A stretch of DNA of 64,000 nucleotides, from the NCBI GenBank assembly GCA_039033415.1, contig JBCCCR010000022.1, positions 29,579 through 93,578 on the forward strand, given 5' to 3'. Origin of the DNA: Pseudomonadota bacterium. Its GTDB lineage: Bacteria > Pseudomonadota > Gammaproteobacteria > Xanthomonadales > SZUA-38. Below the pieces are notes generated by a model that was not told the DNA's origin, ran no database searches, and saw only the letters and a program-made list of their open reading frames with translations. Below, one piece after another: positions 33,125-47,119 of this stretch (positions are counted from its first letter, which is position 1; each line of letters begins with the position of its first letter). A program made the position numbers and the translations under genes.

Positions 33125-34189
33125 GTGGTCAATCGACAATGGCTGTGCGCCAGCTACGTCCCGCCGGACGAAATTCCCACGCAAAAACACTTTGAGCTCG
33201 TGGAAGCGCCAATGCCGTCGCCGGCCGAGGGTGAGGTGCTGCTACGCACGCTGCTGCTGGGAACCAGCCCGGCGCAGCGGATGTACGTGACCAAAGAAAG
33301 CGAATTCCACATCAAGGTGGCGCCAGGCGAGATCATGAGCGGGCGTGGCGTGGCGGAGGTGATCGAGAGCCGCCACCCTCAGTACCAGGCGGGCGACATC
33401 ATGGAGGGCACGCTGGGCTGGCAGGAGTACGTGGCGATGTCGCCGGATCCGCAGGTTAAAGACGGCTCCCACGTGACCCCGGTGAAAAAGGTGGACAATC
33501 CAGTGCGGCCCCTGACTACCGTACTGGGCCTGTTCGGCCAGCGGGCCTTCAGCGCCTACGTCGGCATGGTCGAAATCGGCGACACGCAGCCCGGGGACCA
33601 GGTTCTGGTGTCATCAGCGGCTGGCGGCGTCGGCTCCATCGCCTGCCAGCTCGCCCGCGCCAGGGGCGCGAGCCGGGTTGTCGGCATCGCCGGCGGCGAG
33701 GAGAAGTGCCGCTGGCTGGTCGATCAGGGGTTATGCGACGCGGCCATCGACTATCGGCAGGAAAACCTCGAAGCGCAGATCGGCGAGGCGCTGCCGGACG
33801 GCCTCAACATTTACCTCGACAACGTGGGCGGCGACACCCTGGACGCGGCGCTCCAGCACCTGGCGGTCGGGGCTCGGGTCGCGGTCTGCGGCCACATCTC
33901 AACGGAATACCTGCGCCCCCGCCCGCCTGGGCCCACCCACTATTACAACCTGCTGTATCGGCGGTCGCGGATGGAAGGCTTCTTCGTGTTCGACTACCTG
34001 TCCCGCTGGGGGGAGTTCGAAGCGCAGCTTCGCCGGTGGTACGCCGACGGCCTGCTCAAGCTGACCGACCACGTTCTGGAGGGCATCGAGCGCACGCCCG
34101 ACGCGCTGACAAGCCTGTTTACCGGCGCCAACGTCGGCAACTGCGTGGTCCGGGTGGCGCCAGATCCAGAAACCGTTCCAGCGCTGTAG
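33125..34189 (+). CDS. NADP-dependent oxidoreductase, medium-chain reductase family (YncB/CurA/PTGR-like)
   Basis: 'GEVLLRTLLLGTSPAQRMY', 'VSSAAGGVGSIACQLAR' cofactor motif, 'GGEEKC' and 'VCGHISTEY'. GTG start has GGGAG 7 nt upstream. Confidence 0.85.
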   Translation: MVNRQWLCASYVPPDEIPTQKHFELVEAPMPSPAEGEVLLRTLLLGTSPAQRMYVTKESEFHIKVAPGEIMSGRGVAEVIESRHPQYQAGDIMEGTLGWQEYVAMSPDPQVKDGSHVTPVKKVDNPVRPLTTVLGLFGQRAFSAYVGMVEIGDTQPGDQVLVSSAAGGVGSIACQLARARGASRVVGIAGGEEKCRWLVDQGLCDAAIDYRQENLEAQIGEALPDGLNIYLDNVGGDTLDAALQHLAVGARVAVCGHISTEYLRPRPPGPTHYYNLLYRRSRMEGFFVFDYLSRWGEFEAQLRRWYADGLLKLTDHVLEGIERTPDALTSLFTGANVGNCVVRVAPDPETVPAL

Positions 34190-34223
34190 TGTGAGGTTCC
34201 ACGGCCGGGGCGATCGACTGGTG

Positions 34224-34967
34224 ATGGTGGGTCGATTGGCCTGGCTTTTGCTGCTGATTCTGCTTGGGGCAGGTGGTGTCCACGCTCAAGACGCCTTTGA
34301 GAACGACAACTCGCCTTCGCTCGCCCGGGAGATTGCGGACCTGCAGCAGCGGACCTTTGATCCGACCGGCGACGAAGACTGGATGTATTTTCCGGGCAAC
34401 GATAGTTCGATCATCATCCAGTACGAGTTCAAGGTGCTGTCGACCGCTGCGTCGGTGCCGACTGACTTTCAGGCCGTCGTGGAGGTGTTCCCGTCCAGCC
34501 GGTTGGCGGATGATCAGGTTGCGCCGCTAGTAACGATTGGCACCTGCCAGCCTGGCGGACCTCGGGAGCCGGTCGGCGATGTGTCGGTGGGGAGGAACCT
34601 GGTGCTGCTTCGCGTCAGAAACTGTGTCCCTGTCGCCGCCCCGCGCGCTTACGAAGTGACGTTTGCGGTGGATCAACTGTTTTCGTTTGTCGGCGGTGTT
34701 CAGATTGTCGGCACCGTCACCGACAGCAGTTCGGCCGGCGTCGGCGTATTTCTGCTGACCGACAGCAACAACGCTACTGCGGCCAATCCGACTGACGGCA
34801 CCTATCGCGTGTTCATTCCCGCCAACAGCGCCAACCGGATCAGCGTGGTGTCAACGGAGTTCACCGCTGCGCCCGTGCTGCTGGATCCGTTCCCCGAATT
34901 TGACATTCAGACGGTCGATTTCACCGTCGAGCGGGTCGTTGAGATCTTCTCTGACGGCTTCGAATAA
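34224..34967 (+). CDS. secreted hypothetical protein (PPC-like 'ENDN..GDEDWMYF' motif and a CarboxypepD_reg-like segment)
   Basis: Signal peptide 'MVGRLAWLLLLILLGAGGVHA'. 'DAFENDNSPSLAREI...DPTGDEDWMYF' resembles pre-peptidase C-terminal domains. 'GTVTD...TDGTYRVFIP' is Ig-like. The family call is tentative. Confidence 0.55.
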   Translation: MVGRLAWLLLLILLGAGGVHAQDAFENDNSPSLAREIADLQQRTFDPTGDEDWMYFPGNDSSIIIQYEFKVLSTAASVPTDFQAVVEVFPSSRLADDQVAPLVTIGTCQPGGPREPVGDVSVGRNLVLLRVRNCVPVAAPRAYEVTFAVDQLFSFVGGVQIVGTVTDSSSAGVGVFLLTDSNNATAANPTDGTYRVFIPANSANRISVVSTEFTAAPVLLDPFPEFDIQTVDFTVERVVEIFSDGFE

Positions 34968-34984
34968 GCTCGCCCTACCTCGAC

Positions 34985-37237
34985 CTAAACCTCGACAACC
35001 AGCGAATCCACCTTCTGGAATCCGCGGGGGAGCTTGCGACCCCGCTTGGCCCGCTCGCCGGTGTAGTGTTCGAGGTCTTTTGGCTTGAGCCTCAGGTGTC
35101 GACCGCCGGAGTGCGCCAGCACGTCAGCGCCCTCGGGTGCGCACACGACCGCGACAACGTGCTCATCACCGGCTTTCAGAAGTTTTGGCGGTATGTTGAT
35201 GATTTTGTTGCCTTTTCCTCGCGCCATTTCCGGCAGGTCAGCCAGGCTAAAGGCCAGCAGGTAACCCCCGGAGGTGACCGCCACCACCCGGTCCGTGGCG
35301 GGTTCACTGACCATCGATGGAGCAAGCACGGTCGCGCCGGCGGGTACCGTCAGCGAGGCTTTGCCGGCCTTGGCGCGCGTATATAGGTTCTCCAGACTGG
35401 TAAAGAAGCCGTAGCCGAAGCTAGATGCCAGAAGCACCTTGTCCTCAGGCCGGCCCGCGATGGCGGCGCAGAACTGAGCGCCGGCGGCGGGGCTGAAGCG
35501 CGAGGTGAGCGGCTCGCCCTGGCTGCGGGCTGACGGCAGGGTGTGGGCGGCCAGCGAGTAGCTGCGGCCTTTGCTGTCGAGAAAGACCGCCTGCTGATTG
35601 CTGCGGCCGCGGGCGCTGGCAAGGTACCCGTCCCCGGATTTGAAGTTGAGCGTCGAGGCGTCGATCTCGTGACCCTTGGCGGCGCGCGCCCAGCCGCCCT
35701 GAGACAGCACGATCGTGACCGGCTCGGTGGGCATCAGGTCGGTTTCGCTCATGGCCTCGGCAGGCTCTCGGGCGACGATCTGACAGCGTCGCTCGTCGCC
35801 GTGGGTTTTGACGTCCGAGGCAATCTCGTCGGCGATGAGCTTCTTCAGTTTGCGGGGTGAATTCAGTATCCCCTCGAGCGTTTTGCGCTCGTCCTCCAGC
35901 TCCGCCTGCTCACCCTGGATTTTCATTTCCTCCAGGCGGGCCAGGTGGCGCAGCTTGAGGTCGAGGATCGCCTCGGACTGCCGCTCCGACAGGTTGAAGG
36001 TTTTCATCAGGACCGGTCCGGGCCCGTCTTCTTCCCGGACGATCCGGATCACCTCGTCAATGTTCAGGTACGCAACCAGCAGACCTTCCAGGATGTGCAG
36101 CCGGTCCAGCACCTTATCCAGGCGCCACTGCAGCCGGCGACGCACGGTCTCGGTGCGGAAGGCCAGCCACTCGTTCAGGATCTGCGCCAGGTTTTTGACC
36201 TGCGGGCGGCCGTTGGTGCCGATCAGATTCAGGTTGACCCGCACGTTGCGTTCCAGGTCGGTCGTCGCAAACAGGTGGCTCATAAGGCCGTAGACGTCCA
36301 CGCGGTTGGACCGTGGGATCAGCACCAGCCTGGTGGGGTTCTCGTGATCACCCTCGTCCCGGAAGTCGTCCAGCATCGGCAGCTTCTTGGCGCGGATCTG
36401 TGCGGCGATCTGCTCCTGAATCTTGTTGGGCGAAACCTGGTGGGGCAGAGCGGTGATGACGATGTTGCCGTCCTCGCGTTTCCACACGGCGCGCAGCTTG
36501 ATCGAGCCGTGGCCGGTCTCATACATCGCGCGGATGTCCTCCGGCGGCGTGATGATGTCTGCGCCAGTGGGAAAGTCGGGTCCTTTGATGTGTTCACACA
36601 GCTCGGCAACCGGCGTGCGGCTGTTGGCCAGGAGCCGGATGCAGGCGGAGGCCACCTCTTTCATGTTGTGCGGCGGTACGTCCGTCGCCATACCCACCGC
36701 AATGCCGGAGGCGCCGTTGAGCAAAACGTTGGGCAGCCGGGCCGGCAGCAGGGTCGGCTCGGTCTGGGTGCCGTCGTAGTTGGGCTGCCAGTCCACCGTG
36801 CCCTGGCCCAGCTCGCTGAGCAGCACCTTGGCGTAGGCTGACAGCCGCGACTCGGTGTAGCGCATGGCGGCAAACGATTTGGGGTCGTCCACCGAGCCAA
36901 AGTTGCCCTGGCCGTCCACCAGCGGATAGCGGTAAGAAAACGGTTGGGCCATCAGGACCATGGCCTCGTAGCACGCGCTGTCGCCGTGCGGGTGGAATTT
37001 GCCGATCACGTCACCCACGGTGCGGGCCGACTTCTTATGCTTGGAGCTGGCGGACAGGCCAAGCTCCGACATGGCGTAGACGATGCGCCGCTGGACCGGC
37101 TTGAGGCCGTCAGCGATGCTCGGCAGCGCCCGGTCGAGCACCACATACATCGAATAGTCGAGGTACGCCTTCTCGGCGTACTCCCGCAGCGACAGCTGTT
37201 CAAAGCCGCCGGGTGGCGCTTCAATTGTTTGCGTCAT
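34985..37237 (-). CDS. parC: DNA topoisomerase IV subunit A
   Basis: GyrA/ParC family ('[10 protein letters not shown]', '[18 protein letters not shown]', 'RYTE' active-site Tyr region). About 750 aa with no GyrA box, and adjacent to parE. Confidence 0.93.
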   Translation of the reverse strand: MTQTIEAPPGGFEQLSLREYAEKAYLDYSMYVVLDRALPSIADGLKPVQRRIVYAMSELGLSASSKHKKSARTVGDVIGKFHPHGDSACYEAMVLMAQPFSYRYPLVDGQGNFGSVDDPKSFAAMRYTESRLSAYAKVLLSELGQGTVDWQPNYDGTQTEPTLLPARLPNVLLNGASGIAVGMATDVPPHNMKEVASACIRLLANSRTPVAELCEHIKGPDFPTGADIITPPEDIRAMYETGHGSIKLRAVWKREDGNIVITALPHQVSPNKIQEQIAAQIRAKKLPMLDDFRDEGDHENPTRLVLIPRSNRVDVYGLMSHLFATTDLERNVRVNLNLIGTNGRPQVKNLAQILNEWLAFRTETVRRRLQWRLDKVLDRLHILEGLLVAYLNIDEVIRIVREEDGPGPVLMKTFNLSERQSEAILDLKLRHLARLEEMKIQGEQAELEDERKTLEGILNSPRKLKKLIADEIASDVKTHGDERRCQIVAREPAEAMSETDLMPTEPVTIVLSQGGWARAAKGHEIDASTLNFKSGDGYLASARGRSNQQAVFLDSKGRSYSLAAHTLPSARSQGEPLTSRFSPAAGAQFCAAIAGRPEDKVLLASSFGYGFFTSLENLYTRAKAGKASLTVPAGATVLAPSMVSEPATDRVVAVTSGGYLLAFSLADLPEMARGKGNKIINIPPKLLKAGDEHVVAVVCAPEGADVLAHSGGRHLRLKPKDLEHYTGERAKRGRKLPRGFQKVDSLVVEV

Positions 37238-37264
37238 GGTTCTTACCTTTAGCGGACCGCCGAA

Positions 37265-39145
37265 TCAGACTTCGGCGAGGTCACCTTTCTTTTCGAGCCA
37301 GGCCTTGCGGTCGCCCGCGCGCTTTTTGGCCAGCAGCATATCCATCAGCGGCCGGGTCTTATCTCCGGGCGTAACGGTGAGCTGCACCAGCCGGCGGGTG
37401 TCCGGCTCGATCGCGCTTTCCTTGAGCTGGGCGGGGCTCATCTCCCCGAGGCCCTTAAAGCGGGTCACGGAGATTTTGACGTTGCGCTTCTCGCGCTTGA
37501 GCTTTTCCGTCAGGTGATCGCGCTCGGCCTCGTCTAGCGCGTAATACTTTTCTTTGCCGACGTCGATGCGAAACAGCGGCGGCATGGCGACAAACACGTG
37601 ACCCTCCCGGACCAGCGGCTCGAAGTGGCGCAGAAACAGCGCGCAGAGCAGGGTGGCGATGTGCAGGCCGTCGCTGTCGGCGTCCGCCAGCACAATGACC
37701 TTGCCGTAACGCAGGCCGTCCAGATCATCGGTCCCCGGGTCGACGCCGATCGCCACCGACAGGTCGTGTACCTCCTGGGAGCCCAGCACCGAGCCGGACT
37801 CCACCTCCCAGGTGTTCAGGATTTTGCCGCGCAGCGGCAGGATCGCCTGGAACTCGCGGTTGCGCGCCTGCTTGGCTGATCCGCCGGCGGAGTCGCCCTC
37901 CACCAGAAAGAGTTCGGTGCGCGACGTTTCCTGCGACGTGCAGTCCGCCAGCTTGCCCGGCAGCGCCGGGCCGGCCGTGATCTTTTTGCGCACCACCTTT
38001 TTGGCCGCCTTGAGGCGCTTCTGCGCGTTGGCGATCGCAAGCTGGGCGATCGCCTCGCCGTCGGCCACGTTGTTGTGCAGCCAGAGGCTAAAGGCGTCTT
38101 TGATGATGCCGGTGACCAGCCCCGCCGCCTCGCGCGTGGACAGGCGCTCTTTGGTCTGGCCGGAAAACTGCGGGTCCTCCAGCTTGATCGACAGGATGTA
38201 GCTGATGCGCTCCCAGGCGTCTTCCGGCGCCAGCTTGATGCCGCGGGGCAGGAGGTTGTGGATGTCGCAGAACTCGCGCAGCGCTTCGGTCAAACCGGTG
38301 CGCAGCCCGTTGACGTGGGTGCCGCCCTGGCCCGTCGGGATCAGGTTGACGTAGCTTTCCTGCACCAGCTCGCCTTCCGGGACCCAGCACAGCGCCCACT
38401 CAACCGCCTCGGTCTCCGTGTCCTTGGCGCCGACAATGGCCTGCTCGGGCAGCGTGGCAAAACCCTCAAGCTCACCGCTCAGGTAGTCAAAGAGGCCGTC
38501 CTCGTAGTACCACTCGTCCTTGTCGCCGGTCTTTTCGTCCTTCAGCCGGACGGTCAGGCCGGGGCACAGCACCGCCTTGGCGCGCAGCACGTGGCGCAGC
38601 TTGGTGAGCGAGATGCGGGCGCTGTCGAAATAGCTCGCGTCGGGCCAGAAGCGCACCCGGGTGCCGGTATTGCGCTGGCCAACCGTGCCAACCTTTTTTA
38701 GATCGCTGGTCTTCTCGCCGGCCGCAAACGCGATGTGGTGTTCGGTGGCGTCGCGCTTGATCCACACGTCCAGCTTCGACGACAGGGCGTTCACCACCGA
38801 CACGCCGACGCCGTGCAGTCCGCCAGAAAACTGGTAGTTTTTATTGGAGAACTTGCCGCCGGCGTGCAGCTTGGTCAGGATCACCTCAACCCCGGGGATA
38901 CCTTCTTCCGGGTGCAGATCCACCGGCATGCCGCGCCCGTCGTCCGACACCTCCACCGAGCCGTCTTTATAGACCGTCACGTCCAACAGCTTGGCGTGGC
39001 CGGCCACCGCCTCGTCGACGCTGTTGTCGATGACCTCCTGCGCCAGATGGTTGGGCCGGGTGGTGTCGGTATACATGCCGGGGCGGCGCTGCACCGGCTC
39101 CAGTCCGGACAGGATCTCAATATCTTCAGCGGTGTAGCGACTCAT
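37265..39145 (-). CDS. parE: DNA topoisomerase IV subunit B
   Basis: GHKL ATPase and Toprim blocks ('VIDNSVDEA', 'GLHGVG', 'ELFLVEGDSAGGSAKQ', 'PLRGKILN', 'IVLADADSDGLHI'). 626 aa, directly upstream of parC. Confidence 0.93.
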   Translation of the reverse strand: MSRYTAEDIEILSGLEPVQRRPGMYTDTTRPNHLAQEVIDNSVDEAVAGHAKLLDVTVYKDGSVEVSDDGRGMPVDLHPEEGIPGVEVILTKLHAGGKFSNKNYQFSGGLHGVGVSVVNALSSKLDVWIKRDATEHHIAFAAGEKTSDLKKVGTVGQRNTGTRVRFWPDASYFDSARISLTKLRHVLRAKAVLCPGLTVRLKDEKTGDKDEWYYEDGLFDYLSGELEGFATLPEQAIVGAKDTETEAVEWALCWVPEGELVQESYVNLIPTGQGGTHVNGLRTGLTEALREFCDIHNLLPRGIKLAPEDAWERISYILSIKLEDPQFSGQTKERLSTREAAGLVTGIIKDAFSLWLHNNVADGEAIAQLAIANAQKRLKAAKKVVRKKITAGPALPGKLADCTSQETSRTELFLVEGDSAGGSAKQARNREFQAILPLRGKILNTWEVESGSVLGSQEVHDLSVAIGVDPGTDDLDGLRYGKVIVLADADSDGLHIATLLCALFLRHFEPLVREGHVFVAMPPLFRIDVGKEKYYALDEAERDHLTEKLKREKRNVKISVTRFKGLGEMSPAQLKESAIEPDTRRLVQLTVTPGDKTRPLMDMLLAKKRAGDRKAWLEKKGDLAEV

Positions 39146-39420
39146 GGAAAAGCGGCCGAAAACGGCGTCAGGTGGTTAGTCGAACGATATTGGCGCTTTT
39201 CCAGGGGCAATGCAACAATCGTGCAAAAAACACAAGATGTAGCGAAAAATCCCGTATCTCGCCCCAGATCTGGGGGTGTAAGGAAACTGACTGACAGGTG
39301 CCGGCGCGCCGATCGTAGGGCTCGGACCCGAAGCTGCCGCCGGAGCCCCACTTTCTCCGGCCAGGGAAGCGCCTGCCGACCGAAATCTCCCGGAGACCTC
39401 AGCTAGATCGCAAACAGCCG

Positions 39421-39449
39421 TTGGGGCGCCGCCGGGAATCGGCTACAAT
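39421..39449 (+). promoter_or_regulatory. sigma70-like promoter candidate for pyrG
   Basis: TTGGGG (39421-26), 17-nt spacer, TACAAT (39444-49). About 90 nt upstream of ATG 39541, which has GGAG 7 nt upstream. Confidence 0.3.
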
Positions 39450-39468
39450 ACCGGCCCGTTATGTCTAA

Positions 39469-43338
<3,870 letters not shown>

Positions 43339-43369
43339 TCGGGCCGCTTCGGCGGCGCGGGTTCCACCG

Positions 43370-43398
43370 TTGACCTTTCATCCGGCACCGGTGACAAT
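43370..43398 (+). promoter_or_regulatory. sigma70-like promoter candidate for ftsB
   Basis: TTGACC (43370-75), 17-nt spacer, GACAAT (43393-98). 28 nt upstream of ATG 43426. Confidence 0.3.
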
Positions 43399-43425
43399 GC
43401 GCAAATCACGTGATTAAGTGGCGCT

Positions 43426-43713
43426 ATGCGACTGATCAACCTCATGTTTATTGCGATTCTCCTGCTGCTTCAGCAGCAGCTGTGGTTCGCGCAGGGTGGC
43501 CTGCGTGATAGCTGGCGGCTGCAGCGCGCGGTGGAGGACCAGCAGGCGGCGAATCAGCGGCTGCTGGATCGCAATCGCTCGCTGCGGGCTCAGGTCCAGG
43601 ACCTGAAGACCGGCTCGGAAGCGGTCGAGGAGCTGGCGCGAAGCGAGCTGGGGCTGCTGGGCCCCGATGAGTCGTTTTATCAGATCGTCGAAATCGGCCG
43701 GAGCTCGCGCTGA
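43426..43713 (+). CDS. ftsB: cell division protein FtsB
   Basis: 95 aa. N-terminal TM helix 'LMFIAILLLLQQQLWF', a leucine-zipper coiled coil, and 'ELARSELGLLGPDE'. Conserved position after eno. Confidence 0.9.
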   Translation: MRLINLMFIAILLLLQQQLWFAQGGLRDSWRLQRAVEDQQAANQRLLDRNRSLRAQVQDLKTGSEAVEELARSELGLLGPDESFYQIVEIGRSSR

Positions 43714-44780
43714 CCGACGTCACCGCCTCGCAGCCGACCTCCCGGCTGCCTGACTGGCCCACCGTAAACCCACCCCCGACCGCCACGGGCCGGCTGAAAG
43801 TTCAGCCCGACGACTTTGTGGTGGATGAGCTGCTCGATCTCGACCTGACGGGCACGGGCGAATTCCTCTGGCTTCGGGTCGCCAAGCGTGCGGTTAACAC
43901 CGCGGACGTTGCAAAGCTGCTGGCCGAGGGTGCCGGACTGCCCGCCAGGGCCGTGAGCTATTCGGGTCTCAAGGACCGGCAGGCCGTGGCCACCCAGTGG
44001 TTCAGCCTCCACCTGCCAGGTCTGCCCGATCCTGACCTCCCCGACGCGCTCAGCCCGGGAATAGAGATTCTGGAGCGCGTTCGCCACCAGAAAAAGCTGC
44101 GCCGCGGTACCCACCGCGCCAATCGCTTTCAGATCCTGCTGAGGGACTGCCGCCTGGAGCTCGATGACCTCAGCCGACGCTGTGACCAGGTGTCGCGCGA
44201 GGGTGTCCCCAACTACTTCGGCGGACAGCGTTTCGGCCGCAACGGCGACAACCTGCGACAGGTCCAAAGCTGGTACGCGGCCCAGCAGAGTGGACAGCGC
44301 TCGCGGCGACGCGGCCGCCACCTCGAAGGGCTGCTCCACTCGACGGCTCGCGCATTTTTATTCAACGAGGTGCTGGCCGAACGCGTGCGCGACGGCGACT
44401 GGGCCATGGGGCGGGACGGCGATATCTGGATGCTGGCCGGCACGCGCTCCATCTTTGGCCCCGAATCAATGACAGACGAGCTGCGGGCGCGCCGTGTGGC
44501 GGGTGACGTTACGCCGACCGGTCCGCTCTACGGTCGGTCGGGCGGCACCCTATGGCCAGTCTGGGAGAAGGCGTTGCTGGAGCGTCACCCCGAGCTGACC
44601 GGCGGTCTCGATGCTGCGGGCGCCCGGCCGGCGCGCCGCCGCCTGAGCCTGAGACCTCACAATTTTCAGTGGACGGTCGACGGCGACCAGCTCAGCCTGT
44701 CTTTTGAGCTGGCGCGCGGCGAGTTTGCCACCGTTGTGCTCCGGGAGCTGATCAATGTTGACGCTCAGTCCGTGAGGTAG
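43710..44780 (+). CDS. truD: tRNA pseudouridine(13) synthase TruD (5' end uncertain; no canonical start upstream of the conserved N-terminal motif)
   Basis: TruD blocks 'GRLKVQPDDFVVDE', 'GLKDRQAVATQWFS' and 'VPNYFGGQRFG'. The frame is open from 43671. The only start-like codon before 'GRLKVQPDDF' is CTG 43710 (CTGA overlap with the ftsB stop), giving 356 aa. The first GTG (43818) would delete the conserved motif. Confidence 0.8.
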   Translation: MTDVTASQPTSRLPDWPTVNPPPTATGRLKVQPDDFVVDELLDLDLTGTGEFLWLRVAKRAVNTADVAKLLAEGAGLPARAVSYSGLKDRQAVATQWFSLHLPGLPDPDLPDALSPGIEILERVRHQKKLRRGTHRANRFQILLRDCRLELDDLSRRCDQVSREGVPNYFGGQRFGRNGDNLRQVQSWYAAQQSGQRSRRRGRHLEGLLHSTARAFLFNEVLAERVRDGDWAMGRDGDIWMLAGTRSIFGPESMTDELRARRVAGDVTPTGPLYGRSGGTLWPVWEKALLERHPELTGGLDAAGARPARRRLSLRPHNFQWTVDGDQLSLSFELARGEFATVVLRELINVDAQSVR

Positions 44781-45514
44781 ATAAGCCACTCTCGTAGATC
44801 GATGGCGCCGGTAGCTGCCAGCAGGGGCACCACGCAGGTAGCGAGCGCGACGGTGAGGACAAACCCGGGCCAGCCCAGGCGGCCCGACAGCCCGGCCAGC
44901 AGCGCGATGCCGCCACCGCCGCCCAGAAGAAAATTGCCCGGCACGTTGAGCAGGAGCCCGAGGAGCACGTAGTCCGCCGGACCGCCGCGGTTCCTCAGCC
45001 AGCCCGCGGCACGGTGGGTCAGCCGGTGGCCGGCCAGCGCGGCATCCCGCTGATCGTCAAAGTGGCGCGCCTGCTCCCGCCAGCGGCGCAGGATGGGGAG
45101 CTGAAGGCAGTGGCCGCGGAGATAAACGCCGGCGCCGAAGGCCAGATTCAGACCGGCGAGAGTGGCCAGATAGGCCACGAGGGCGCCGACCTTGCCGAAG
45201 ACCAGCATCATCAGCAGCCCCAGCTCGATGCCCGGCATAAACGGCAGCGCCAGCAACAGCGCGTAGCTGACGCCGCTGGAAATCAGCAGCGCCGGCGTCT
45301 GCCGCGCGTCGGTGAGCAGCTGAACCAGATCCATCTCCAGATCCCAGAGCAGGACGGCTGCCGTCGCTGCGAGCAGGAGGACCAGTACTAACGCGGTGAT
45401 GCTTCGCCGGCGAGCGCGCCGGAGCGCAGCGTCGGGGACCGTTGGCCGCGGCGAGCGGCTGGCGTTAGCCGGAGCGGCGTCCGGCGTATTTGCGGGCTGA
45501 GCGGGTTCGTTCAT
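44765..45514 (-). CDS. hypothetical polytopic membrane protein
   Basis: Pro/Ala-rich N-terminus followed by about 5 hydrophobic segments. No recognisable catalytic motif. Its 3' end overlaps the truD 3' end by 16 nt (convergent). Confidence 0.55.
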   Translation of the reverse strand: MNEPAQPANTPDAAPANASRSPRPTVPDAALRRARRRSITALVLVLLLAATAAVLLWDLEMDLVQLLTDARQTPALLISSGVSYALLLALPFMPGIELGLLMMLVFGKVGALVAYLATLAGLNLAFGAGVYLRGHCLQLPILRRWREQARHFDDQRDAALAGHRLTHRAAGWLRNRGGPADYVLLGLLLNVPGNFLLGGGGGIALLAGLSGRLGWPGFVLTVALATCVVPLLAATGAIDLREWLIYLTD

Positions 45515-45605
45515 CTGCCGGCCTAAGTCGAGAGCATTACCCTACAGACGCCAGGGTCGCTTGGCCCGTGCCAGGGGTTGCCGGCGCAGTCCGTATCGCG
45601 CCGGC

Positions 45606-46187
45606 TCAGCCGGCGCTCAGCAGCACGTAAACCGCGCCCGTTCCGCCGTCGTTTGGGCGGGCTGAGGTGAAGGCGAGCACCGCTTTGCGCCGGCGCAAAA
45701 GGCTGTTGGTCAAACCCTTCAGCACCGGACCGCGCGACTTTGAGCGCAAGCCCTTGCCGTGAATGATTTTGACGCAGGTGATGCCGCGCTGCTGGCAGTA
45801 GTCGATGAAGTCCAGCACGCTGACCCGCGCGGCCTCGATGTTCATTTGGTGCAGGTCGAGCTCGGCGCCGACGCTGTACTGACCGCGGCGCAGCTTCTTC
45901 AGCAGCTTGGGCGACAAACCGTCGCGGACAAAGTTGAGCTCCTCCCCGGACTCGACCTCGGCCCAGTCGATCTCGCCCCGCTTCAGCTCGTCCATCACCC
46001 GGCGTTCGTCGGCGCGGCTGTGTCGATTCGACGGTGGCGGGGGCGGTTTGCGCCGGCGCTCGCGGGTTCTTTTGATGGGCCGCACGTCGGCCATCTCCTG
46101 ACGAAAAAGATCCAGATCATCGGCCTCCGGCGCTCGCGAATCGCCTTTGGGTGGCTTGGTCGAATCGCTGGGCGGGGGCGGGCTCAT
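45606..46187 (-). CDS. Smr-domain (MutS2-related endonuclease-like) protein
   Basis: C-terminal 'ELDLHQMNIEAARVSVLDFI...VKIIHGKGLRS' is a Smr-domain signature. Basic, disordered N-terminus. Confidence 0.8.
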   Translation of the reverse strand: MSPPPPSDSTKPPKGDSRAPEADDLDLFRQEMADVRPIKRTRERRRKPPPPPSNRHSRADERRVMDELKRGEIDWAEVESGEELNFVRDGLSPKLLKKLRRGQYSVGAELDLHQMNIEAARVSVLDFIDYCQQRGITCVKIIHGKGLRSKSRGPVLKGLTNSLLRRRKAVLAFTSARPNDGGTGAVYVLLSAG

Positions 46188-46268
46188 GGCGGGTGAAACG
46201 GTGACTCATTCAGGCGGCTGCCGGGCAATTCCAGTATATTACCCGCTTCTTTTTTGAGAAGCGCACGG

Positions 46269-47084
46269 ATGCATATTCTGATCAGCAACGACGACGGACT
46301 GGACGCGCCGGGCATCGAGATGCTCGAGCGTCAGATCAGCCGGGTCGCCGAGGTCACCGTGGTGGCGCCCGACCGCGACCACAGCGGTGCGTCCAACTCG
46401 CTGACGCTGAGCGCGCCCATCCGAATTTTGCACCATGCCGGCCACCGCTATCGCGTCGCCGGAACGCCTACCGACTGCGTGCACCTCGCGCTGACCGGGC
46501 TGCTGGACCCGGAACCCGACATGGTGGTTTCCGGCATTAACGCCGGCGCTAACCTCGGTGACGACGTGATCTATTCCGGCACCGTCGCCGCCGCCATGGA
46601 GGGGCGCTACTGCGGGCTGCCGGCGGTGGCCGTATCGCTGGTTTATGACAACCGGCCGCGTCACTTCGAGACCGCCGGGCTGGCGGCGGTGCAGATTGTC
46701 CAGCGCCTGGTGAGCGATCCGCTGCCGGCGGACACGATACTCAACGTCAACGTGCCGGATATTCCCTGGGATCAGGTTGCCGGCTTTGAAGTGACCCGGC
46801 TGGGGCACCGCCATCGCGCTGAACCGTTCGTCAAGCAGCACGATCCCCGCGGGCGACCGGTTTACTGGATCGGCGCGGCCGGTCCCGCGCTGGACGCAGG
46901 TCCCGGTACCGATTTTCACGCGATCAGCCGCGGCTGCGTGTCGGTCACGCCGATCCACGTGGATCTGACCCGCTACACGGCGCTGGAAACGGTGGGCAGC
47001 TGGGTCAGTGGCCTGGACCGGGCGCTGACCAACCCGGCGGAGGCTGCCGCGCCCGCCGCGACGACGGACGTGTCACGCCGTTGA
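46269..47084 (+). CDS. surE: 5'/3'-nucleotidase SurE
   Basis: '[16 protein letters not shown]' and '[25 protein letters not shown]'. Start set at ATG 46269. Confidence 0.95.
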   Translation: MHILISNDDGLDAPGIEMLERQISRVAEVTVVAPDRDHSGASNSLTLSAPIRILHHAGHRYRVAGTPTDCVHLALTGLLDPEPDMVVSGINAGANLGDDVIYSGTVAAAMEGRYCGLPAVAVSLVYDNRPRHFETAGLAAVQIVQRLVSDPLPADTILNVNVPDIPWDQVAGFEVTRLGHRHRAEPFVKQHDPRGRPVYWIGAAGPALDAGPGTDFHAISRGCVSVTPIHVDLTRYTALETVGSWVSGLDRALTNPAEAAAPAATTDVSRR

Positions 47085-47119
47085 ACAACCCGGGTACGCA
47101 GTCGGTCGCCGGCATCGGC

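Noticed and set aside
39262-39275. 14-bp perfect palindrome CCCCAGATCTGGGG in the parE-pyrG intergenic region
   Set aside because: It is short and GC-rich and could arise by chance in a region of about 400 bp. It has no loop for an RNA hairpin and no repeat of the motif nearby, so I do not call it a site.
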